A DNA stretch of 61,993 bases from an uncultured Bacteroidota bacterium (GTDB lineage: Bacteria; Bacteroidota; Bacteroidia; Bacteroidales; GWA2-32-17), in contig CAIQJL010000092.1 of NCBI GenBank assembly GCA_903872185.1, forward strand, positions 1 through 61,993, written 5' to 3'. The notes beneath the pieces are model-generated. The model saw only the letters and a program-made list of their open reading frames with translations, made no database searches and was not told the DNA's origin. Below, piece after piece: positions 48,488 to 56,031 of the stretch (positions within the stretch are counted from its first letter, which is position 1; every line of letters begins with the position of its first letter). The position numbers and the translations under genes were made by a program.

Positions 48488-48754
48488 CTAGCAACCTTCT
48501 TTTATTAGAATACTTGTACTTTGTTCTGTAACATACCAATTGCTAAGTATTTTTTTATATGGTGTAACAGTTCCATAATTAAGCATTAATTTCAACATAC
48601 TATATTCACTGCCAATTCCCATTTCACTATTACTTTTTTGATCATTGTTAGTTGAAGAGATCCATAAACCGTAATCGTCAGTGTACACTTCTTTAGTACA
48701 AGAATTAAAAAACAATAACACTAACATAACGATGGAATATATAATATTTTTCAT
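48488..48754 (-). CDS. Short lipoprotein, possibly a remnant
   Basis: MKNIIYSIVMLVLLFFNSC lipobox. The -7 element TATCTTTG at 48779-48786 favours ATG 48754. Confidence 0.45.
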   Translation of the reverse strand: MKNIIYSIVMLVLLFFNSCTKEVYTDDYGLWISSTNNDQKSNSEMGIGSEYSMLKLMLNYGTVTPYKKILSNWYVTEQSTSILIKEGC

Positions 48755-48907
48755 TTTTCTTATAATTAAATTATGAAACAAAGATAATGCTTATTTAGAC
48801 TAATTCCAAATAATATTAATATTATTTAACTATTTTTTAAAATTATATGGTTGTACCTTAAACCAAAAAGGTGTAATTTAGCTTATTCCCAATTCGATCA
48901 AGATATA

Positions 48908-50293
48908 ATGAAAGAGTCAGATTACTCAACTAAAATACAAGAGCTTGAAAAAGCAATTGCCGATTTATATAAAGAGAATCGTGAGTTGCTAAAACGTAAT
49001 CTGGAGCTTATTGAACAAAACCGAAATTTAGATGAAGGTTTAGAAAGGTTAAATTCTAAAATGAATCTTGAATCGGCAGATAAAAAAAGCATACGTTACA
49101 AAATGGCAACTGTATTTTTTGCTGATATTAAAGGGTTTTCAAAACTTGCAGAACAACAAAATGCTGAATTATTAATTGATGAACTTGATAGATTCTTTTT
49201 AATGTTAGACGAAATTATAGCTAGTCATAATATTGAAAAGATAAGTTCAATTGGCGATACTTTAATGTGTGCTGGTGGTATTCCTAAGAAAAACAGAACT
49301 AACCCAATTGAGATGGTGCTTGCAGCAATTAAAATTAACGACAAATTAAAAGAATTTCAAAAAGAGCTTTTTGGTGAAGATAAAGTAATTTGGGAAATTT
49401 CGATGGGTATTCATACAGGACCTGTAGTTGCTGCTGAACAAGGTAAAAAGAAAATCACTTATGAACTAAAAGGTGAAACTGTAAATATTGCAAGCAGAAT
49501 TGAATCTGCAAGCGAGCCAGGTAAAATTATTATTTCTGAAATGACACGTGAATTAATTTCAGAATTTTTTAGATGCAGTTATATTGGAAAAATTCCAGTA
49601 AAATATGTTGGCGATATAAATCTATATCAGGTAAAAGGATTTACACCAAAATATTCAGTTGATAAAAACGGTCTATTACCAAATAAAAAATTCCAGGTTA
49701 AATTTCAACTTATAAAATTTGATGATCTTGAAGAGTACATGTTAGATAAAATGGAGCGTGAATTACCAAAATATTTACATTATCACAATCTTAAACATAC
49801 CATTGATGTTGGAATTCAGGCAGAAATAATTGGACAAGGCGAAGGAATTTCAGATGAAGAAATGTTGTTATTAAAAACTGCTGCTTTATTTCATGATTCT
49901 GGTCAAACAATACAAACCCGCGACCACGAACTTATTGGAACAAGAATAGCCTCATCTATACTTCCAAAATTTGGTTATTCCAGCGAACAAATTGCAGAAA
50001 TTCAGCAAATAATAATGGCAACCAAGCTACCTCCACAACCAAAGACTCTACTACAAAAAATAATTTGCGATGCAGACTTAGATTATCTGGGCAGAAGCGA
50101 TTTTATTCCAGTATCAAATATGCTTTATAAAGAACTTCACGAACAGAATCTTATTAATTCTATTAATGACTGGAACAAATTGCAGATTAAATTTCTAACA
50201 CCTCATCAATATTTTACAGAAACCGCAAACAAATTACGCGAAGTAAATAAGCAAACTCAGATAGAGAGGCTTAAAAATGAAATTATTGATTAA
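48908..50293 (+). CDS. Coiled-coil / class III nucleotide cyclase / HD-domain fusion
   Basis: FADIKGF, IGDT, GIHTGPVV, NIASRIES; HD domain YHNLKHT, ALFHDSG, DADL. ATG 48908 preferred over TTG 48851. Confidence 0.88.
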   Translation: MKESDYSTKIQELEKAIADLYKENRELLKRNLELIEQNRNLDEGLERLNSKMNLESADKKSIRYKMATVFFADIKGFSKLAEQQNAELLIDELDRFFLMLDEIIASHNIEKISSIGDTLMCAGGIPKKNRTNPIEMVLAAIKINDKLKEFQKELFGEDKVIWEISMGIHTGPVVAAEQGKKKITYELKGETVNIASRIESASEPGKIIISEMTRELISEFFRCSYIGKIPVKYVGDINLYQVKGFTPKYSVDKNGLLPNKKFQVKFQLIKFDDLEEYMLDKMERELPKYLHYHNLKHTIDVGIQAEIIGQGEGISDEEMLLLKTAALFHDSGQTIQTRDHELIGTRIASSILPKFGYSSEQIAEIQQIIMATKLPPQPKTLLQKIICDADLDYLGRSDFIPVSNMLYKELHEQNLINSINDWNKLQIKFLTPHQYFTETANKLREVNKQTQIERLKNEIID

Positions 50294-51213
50294 TCTGCAA
50301 TAAATTTTTCTATAACAAATTGTATTTTTTCATCATTTGGCACTTCAGAATTTATCCAATTTATTGTAGTCCCTTTCTTTTCCATGCTTCTAAAATATGT
50401 CATTTGCCGTTTTGCAAACTGATGAATTGCAATTTCTAATTTTGAAAAGAATTCTTTAAAAGAATATTTTCCGGTTAAATATTCAGTAATATACTTATAT
50501 TCTAAACCATAATAGACTAATTGTTCTGCTCTTAATCCTTGTGATAACAATGTTTGCACTTCTTCAATTAATCCTTCTTTAAGTCTAATGTTAAGACGAT
50601 TTGTTATTCTTTTTCTTCTTAATTCTCTTTCACAATCAATCCCTATTATTAGGCTATTTAGTTTTGGATATTCTTTTTCTACAATATTATTATTTAAATA
50701 ATACTCTTCTATTTCTATTGCTCGAATAGCTCTTTTAACTGTATCACCATCACTTCTGTTATGAAGTCTTTTATATTTTTTTAGAACATCGCTCAATTCC
50801 ATTAGATTTTTATTCTCTAGTTCTTTTCTTAAATCTAAATTAACAGGAACATCAATTAATTTATATCCTTTTAAAGCAGCATCAATGTATAAACCGGTTC
50901 CACCACAAAGAACTGGAAAACCTTTATTAGATTTAATTGTTTCAAGCGCTTTCAAAAAATCACGTTGAAATTCAAAAACGTTATACTGATATCCTGCATC
51001 AACAATATCAATTAAATGACTAGGTATAATAACCTTTTCAATCTCATAATCTTTAATATCTTTGCCTGTGCCAATATCCATGCCCCTATATACTTGCCTG
51101 GAATCTGCACTAATTATTTCACCTTTAATTCTTCGACTTAACTCAACAGCAAAGCGAGTCTTACCGCTTGCAGTAGGTCCAAGTATTGTTACTATATTAT
51201 ATTTAGAAGTCAT
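50290..51213 (-). CDS. miaA: tRNA dimethylallyltransferase
   Basis: GPTASGKT, ISADSRQVYRGMDIGTGKD, GGTGLY, FAKRQMTYFR. Confidence 0.93.
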   Translation of the reverse strand: MTSKYNIVTILGPTASGKTRFAVELSRRIKGEIISADSRQVYRGMDIGTGKDIKDYEIEKVIIPSHLIDIVDAGYQYNVFEFQRDFLKALETIKSNKGFPVLCGGTGLYIDAALKGYKLIDVPVNLDLRKELENKNLMELSDVLKKYKRLHNRSDGDTVKRAIRAIEIEEYYLNNNIVEKEYPKLNSLIIGIDCERELRRKRITNRLNIRLKEGLIEEVQTLLSQGLRAEQLVYYGLEYKYITEYLTGKYSFKEFFSKLEIAIHQFAKRQMTYFRSMEKKGTTINWINSEVPNDEKIQFVIEKFIAD

Positions 51214-51231
51214 TAAGCTGTAAAAATATTA

Positions 51232-51239
51232 TAAATTTG
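51232..51239 (+). promoter_or_regulatory. Bacteroidota -7 element
   Basis: TAAATTTG upstream of the Yip1-smpB genes. Confidence 0.45.
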
Positions 51240-51268
51240 CATTTAAATTAAACTAAACACAATTAATC

Positions 51269-51868
51269 ATGAACTTTCTTGCAATTTTCTCAAGATCAAA
51301 AAACATTTTATTTAAACCAGCCGAAGAATGGGATGCAATTGAAAAAGAAAATAATAGCACTTCATCTGCAATTTTCGGATATGCTTTACCTTATATTATT
51401 GCAATTACTCTAGCTTCATTAACTATTACTTTTATTGCTGGTTTTGGGTGGTATTCATTAGGATATATAGTATTAAGTACAATAAGCAATCTCATTACTC
51501 CTTTTGCAGTAATCGTTTTTTCTTCATTAATTATAAATGCTATTGCTCCTAGTTTTGAATCTACAAAAAACATTGGAAATGCATTTAAACTTGTAATATA
51601 TTCATATACTGCAGCATTTTTAACAAGTATTGCTGCTGGGTTAATTCCAATTCCAATTTTTTCAAGCCTAATTGGCATAGCAGGTTTATATTCTGCATAT
51701 ACTTTATGGATGGGAATTTCTCCAATGATGAAAACTCCAGAACACAAAAAAGTTAGCTACACTATTTTGAGCTTTATTATTATGATGGGCGTTTATGGTG
51801 TTACTTTTTTAACATTGAACGTAATAACTGCAGCATTTTATTTTACAAATACAGCTTTTAGATTCTAA
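51269..51868 (+). CDS. Yip1 family membrane protein
   Basis: ILFKPAEEW start; five TM segments; LYSAYTLWMG. Confidence 0.8.
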   Translation: MNFLAIFSRSKNILFKPAEEWDAIEKENNSTSSAIFGYALPYIIAITLASLTITFIAGFGWYSLGYIVLSTISNLITPFAVIVFSSLIINAIAPSFESTKNIGNAFKLVIYSYTAAFLTSIAAGLIPIPIFSSLIGIAGLYSAYTLWMGISPMMKTPEHKKVSYTILSFIIMMGVYGVTFLTLNVITAAFYFTNTAFRF

Positions 51869-51886
51869 TATTTGATTTTATATTTA

Positions 51887-52336
51887 ATGGGCGATAAAAT
51901 AATAAGTAAAAACAAGAAGGCTGGGTTTCAGTTTGAAATTTTTGAAAAATTTGTTGCTGGTATTATTTTAACTGGAAGCGAAATAAAATCAATACGTCAG
52001 GGAAAAATTAATTTCGTTGATTCATATTGTATATTTATTAACAACGAGCTTTATATTCGTGGTTTGCATATTGCCGAGTACACACATGGTGGTTATGCTA
52101 ATCATGTTCCGGTGCATGATAGAAAACTTTTGTTAAATAGAAGTGAACTAAACAGAATTCTAAAAAAAGTAAAAGAAAAAGGATTTACTATAATTCCTAC
52201 TTCTTGTTTTTTAACCGAAAAAGGAAAGGCAAAATTCGAAATTGCTGTTTCGCGTGGCAAAAAATTATATGATAAAAGAGAGTCACTAAAGAAAAAAGAC
52301 AGTAAAAGAGAAGCCGACAGGGCAGACAAAGATTAA
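51887..52336 (+). CDS. smpB: SsrA-binding protein
   Basis: NKKA.F, AGIILTGSEIKSIR, RKLLLNRSE, RGKKLYDKRESLK; ATG at 51887. Confidence 0.95.
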   Translation: MGDKIISKNKKAGFQFEIFEKFVAGIILTGSEIKSIRQGKINFVDSYCIFINNELYIRGLHIAEYTHGGYANHVPVHDRKLLLNRSELNRILKKVKEKGFTIIPTSCFLTEKGKAKFEIAVSRGKKLYDKRESLKKKDSKREADRADKD

Positions 52337-52342
52337 AAAAGA

Positions 52343-53740
52343 TTATTGATCAAAGAAGAAATTGTTAAGTTCGTAAATATCTTCTATTGTAAAATTTGTT
52401 CCAAAATCGAAGAATTTATCGATTGCAATATTTAATTCTTCAACTGAAATATAATTATCATTATTTACATCAACTGGTTTAAACTTCGCTGGCATTTCAA
52501 GATACATTGTTGTAAATTTCTTAATTCCACCAGCCTGTCTGCATAGACTTGGATAATAATCACAAATACGATTTGTTGGTACAGCATTTCGAAGTTTAGA
52601 TTCTGCAATAATTTCTTCTTCAGTAAAGGTAACTCCTTGAAGATTTACATTAGCATTTTCGGCAGACTCTAATTCTTTATCTAAATAATTTGGAAAACCA
52701 TCATCATCTTTATCAATTGGACATCCTTTTGAAGTTACTTCAACACCTGGTGGAGTAGATGGACATTCATCCCATAAATCAACAACGCCATCGCCATCTT
52801 CGTCTTCAGCATCAATTGAAGAAAATAAAACATCATTATAATGCTCTTCAAGTACTGTTAACTTTGGAGGAGAAAACAAATCATAATGTAACGTAACATA
52901 AGTTACTATAAACTTATCCCCATGTTTATTTCCCGAACGGCTTCCGGTTCCTGCATCGCTAACATTATCTACATTATTATTAAAGTTAAAATGATATGTT
53001 GCTCCAATGCGAACTGAGAATCTATTTGAATAAAAATATTCAAAACCAAAATCAATCGGAATTGCAAACGCTACCTGAGGATATTTTCCTAAACCATCTA
53101 AATTTTGTTCACGTAAATCAGTTTCATATTTATAATCTCGTTGTAGAATCACACTATTTAACTCATTACCTTGAGTTTCGGCAATATTTCTAATTGTTCC
53201 ATCAGACCAATAATTATATAACACTCCATTTGCGTCATACATATCAGCTTTTGAATTAAATTCGAAAGATTCCAACCCTAATGAAATAAAAGGCATTACA
53301 ACAGATGGTTTTTTTATTAAGTGTTTAAAATTGTAACTTACATTTATTCCACCAGCTAAGACTTCTGACTGAAAATTAATCTTTCTTGTAGGAGTTAAAG
53401 CATTACCGGTAAGTTTACCATATGTTATCTGAAAATTTAATTTTAAAAATGGATTTAAATTTCTTGAAATTACCCCTATCCAAGCTGGTCTTCCAACTAA
53501 TGGATTTGAACTATAATTATCTCTTACATCTCCAAAAAAAGTAAATACTCCACGTCCAAACCCAACTACTGGCTTATATACAGGCGTTTTTTCTTTAGCT
53601 GTTGTATCAAGAATCAGATATTCATAAGGTCCATGATCTGAAGGAATATCTTTTTTTGTTGAATCAACAGTCTCTACCTGACTCATTACGAATCGGGGAA
53701 CAAATATTATAATACAGATTAACAGACACTTTGCCGACAT
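52343..53740 (-). CDS. Outer-membrane beta-barrel protein with TSP3-like acidic repeats and a C-terminal EF-hand-like loop
   Basis: Signal peptide; amphipathic strands; DEDGDGVVDLWDECP...GCPIDKDDDG; DVNNDNYISVEE. Confidence 0.65.
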   Translation of the reverse strand: MSAKCLLICIIIFVPRFVMSQVETVDSTKKDIPSDHGPYEYLILDTTAKEKTPVYKPVVGFGRGVFTFFGDVRDNYSSNPLVGRPAWIGVISRNLNPFLKLNFQITYGKLTGNALTPTRKINFQSEVLAGGINVSYNFKHLIKKPSVVMPFISLGLESFEFNSKADMYDANGVLYNYWSDGTIRNIAETQGNELNSVILQRDYKYETDLREQNLDGLGKYPQVAFAIPIDFGFEYFYSNRFSVRIGATYHFNFNNNVDNVSDAGTGSRSGNKHGDKFIVTYVTLHYDLFSPPKLTVLEEHYNDVLFSSIDAEDEDGDGVVDLWDECPSTPPGVEVTSKGCPIDKDDDGFPNYLDKELESAENANVNLQGVTFTEEEIIAESKLRNAVPTNRICDYYPSLCRQAGGIKKFTTMYLEMPAKFKPVDVNNDNYISVEELNIAIDKFFDFGTNFTIEDIYELNNFFFDQ

Positions 53741-53787
53741 TCGGGAAACTTTGTGCTTTTTTTACGAAAATAATAAAAAAAAGTTTG

Positions 53788-55158
53788 TTATTGATACCAT
53801 TTCTGATTAGCAATCATAATTGCTTCCTGAACTGTTATTCTGGTACCATTATTATATGCAGAAACAAAAGCATCACGAATTGGAGTAGTTTCCCATATTT
53901 TCACTCTATGATCACGGGCATCTTTGTACTCGGCATGCGAACCAATAATATATTTATTTAAACCATCATTAACTTCTATTGCAACATCTTCAGACACCTG
54001 CATTTTCTTGAAATATGAAGTCTTTAGATTATTACGATAAGCTCCAATTTGTACTTTATAATTTACACCCTTTTCTGGTTCTACAATTATTTGATTATTT
54101 ACAATCTGATTATTGTTATTATTTTGATTGTTTTGATTATTAATTTGGTTATTGTTCTGATTGTTGGTTTGATTCTTTATTGTATCAATTTGATTATTAT
54201 GATTTTGATTGTTATTTGTATTGTTGTTATTTAAATTATTTTGATTACTGTTCTGATTATTTTGATTGTTAGTATTATTCGCCAATATACTAGAATTCAA
54301 GAACTCTTTATTCTCAATAGTTTTTATTTTAGTTCCTTCATTTTCAATATATGATAACGAACCTGAAATATCTGGTATTCCAGATGACGGAGTATTTGAA
54401 GACAGTTTATAGCTTATTTGAAATTGATTATCTGGAGGAAGAGACATCCAAAGAAATTTCACAGTATTATCTTTAAATGAAAAGATTCCATCTTTGCTTT
54501 CAATATTTGTTGCAGTAAATTCGCTTGGTATTTTTTCCTGAATTTTAGCAAATTTATCTTTTGATAAGTTTGCAGTATTTATTAAAAGATGAACTGTTAT
54601 CCCATCTATATCGCGTATGATTTGACGATAACAAAATATTTCATTAGCTTGAAAATTCTGAGTTACAGTATTATTTACAACTTGTTTTGAACTATCAGGA
54701 TTTGTGTTTTGATTATTATTTGCAAGAGCCCCTTGAGATTTAATAATTACTGTTTTGCTAGAAATTGCCATAGTTTTACGTTCGTTATCATAGATATAAC
54801 TAAAATCGCCACCTAAAACTAAAGGGCCTTCTGCTGTGGGGTCAACCAGAATGTTATATGTTATTGTAAAAGTACTATCTGAAGGAAGTTTTAACCAAAT
54901 TATTTTAACTTTTTGATCTTTAAAAGTAAAATCTCCATTAAAAGAATTTAATTGTGTTGCAGTATAACCAATTGGCAAATCTTGCTGATAACGTGCAAAA
55001 CTTGCTAAATCAGTTTTAGAAATCTTTAATTCAACAGTAAAACTTGTTCCAGGAACAACTTCATCAGGTGCATTTACTGTAACCGCTACGTCACCTAAAA
55101 ATAAATTAACGAGCAGAAAACCAATAAAATTCAGAAGTAGAATAAGATACTTAATCAT
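53788..55158 (-). CDS. Exported protein: two Ig-like repeats, an Asn/Gln-rich linker and a C-terminal SPOR-like domain
   Basis: Internal repeat F.FKD..VK..W..LP; YKVQIGAY...DAFVSAYNNG. Confidence 0.7.
   Translation of the reverse strand: MIKYLILLLNFIGFLLVNLFLGDVAVTVNAPDEVVPGTSFTVELKISKTDLASFARYQQDLPIGYTATQLNSFNGDFTFKDQKVKIIWLKLPSDSTFTITYNILVDPTAEGPLVLGGDFSYIYDNERKTMAISSKTVIIKSQGALANNNQNTNPDSSKQVVNNTVTQNFQANEIFCYRQIIRDIDGITVHLLINTANLSKDKFAKIQEKIPSEFTATNIESKDGIFSFKDNTVKFLWMSLPPDNQFQISYKLSSNTPSSGIPDISGSLSYIENEGTKIKTIENKEFLNSSILANNTNNQNNQNSNQNNLNNNNTNNNQNHNNQIDTIKNQTNNQNNNQINNQNNQNNNNNQIVNNQIIVEPEKGVNYKVQIGAYRNNLKTSYFKKMQVSEDVAIEVNDGLNKYIIGSHAEYKDARDHRVKIWETTPIRDAFVSAYNNGTRITVQEAIMIANQKWYQ
54091..54279 (-). 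repeat. Low-complexity AAT/CAA coding repeat (Asn/Gln tract)
   Basis: 63 codons, of which 37 encode Asn and 12 Gln (hand count). Confidence 0.9.
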
Positions 55159-55187
55159 AAATTAGTACATTTTTCAACTAAACTGCT

Positions 55188-55195
55188 CAAATGTA
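55188..55195 (-). promoter_or_regulatory. Bacteroidota -7 element
   Basis: TACATTTG on the minus strand, 29 nt upstream of ATG 55158. Confidence 0.45.
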
Positions 55196-55232
55196 AGCAT
55201 TAAAGTTGAAATTTTAAAAAACCCGACAATTT

Positions 55233-55319
55233 TTATCAACAATTGTTAATAAAAATTGTTTAAAACTTCTGGGTTTTTTACGTGGCAAAAGCAAAAAAGT
55301 TATCAACCAATGTTGACAA
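55233..55319. promoter_or_regulatory. Two inverted-repeat sites TTATCAAC-N4-GTTRAYAA (DnaA-box-like)
   Basis: TTATCAACAATTGTTAATAA at 55233-55252 and TTATCAACCAATGTTGACAA at 55300-55319. Confidence 0.4.
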
Positions 55320-55320
55320 G

Positions 55321-56031
55321 TTAAAAATTAGGTTTGTGTACGTACTTTTGATAAAATGCATGAATGTGCTCAACAGCCTCATCTGCAGTGTCAACTAAAT
55401 GAAATAAATCTAAATCAGCTACAGCAATATTATGTTCATCATTTAGAACCGATTTTTTTATCCAATCCATTAATCCCTGCCAATAGTCTTTACCAACTAA
55501 AACAATAGGAAATCGTGCAATTTTATCAGTTTGAATTAGTGTTATAGCTTCAAAAAGCTCATCAAAAGTCCCAAAACCACCTGGTAATGCAATAAATCCT
55601 TGAGCATACTTCATAAACATTACTTTTCTAACAAAGAAATAATCAAAATTTATAATTTTATCTAAATCAATGTATGGGTTTGGATGTTGCTCAAATTCGA
55701 GAACAATGTTAACTCCAACAGATTTTCCACCTCCCAGTTTTGCTCCTTTGTTTCCAGCTTCCATAATTCCTGGGCCTCCACCGGTAATTACTCCATAGCC
55801 TATTTGTGTGAGTTTAAAAGCAATTTCTTCTGCTAATTTATAATACTTATTATCTGGTTTTGTTCTAGCTGATCCAAATATTGAGACACAAGGACCAATT
55901 TCAGATAATTTTTCAAATCCTTGAACAAATTCAGACATAATTTTAAAAATATGCCATGAATCGTGGGTTTTAATTTCATTCCAGTCTTTATTTTCAAAAG
56001 CCCTGATAATTTTTTCTTCACTTGTACTCAT
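55321..56031 (-). CDS. LOG family (TIGR00730-type) nucleotide phosphoribohydrolase
   Basis: SIFGSAR, TGGGPGIMEA, FFVRKVMF, PGGFGTFDE. Confidence 0.9.
   Translation of the reverse strand: MSTSEEKIIRAFENKDWNEIKTHDSWHIFKIMSEFVQGFEKLSEIGPCVSIFGSARTKPDNKYYKLAEEIAFKLTQIGYGVITGGGPGIMEAGNKGAKLGGGKSVGVNIVLEFEQHPNPYIDLDKIINFDYFFVRKVMFMKYAQGFIALPGGFGTFDELFEAITLIQTDKIARFPIVLVGKDYWQGLMDWIKKSVLNDEHNIAVADLDLFHLVDTADEAVEHIHAFYQKYVHKPNF

Noticed and set aside
48908-50293. Calling the cyclase a Pycsar defence system
   Set aside because: There is no adjacent cNMP-binding TIR or TM effector, and the flanks are housekeeping genes.
51887-52342. tmRNA or an integrated element near smpB
   Set aside because: No ssrA sequence, integrase or att-like repeat is visible nearby.
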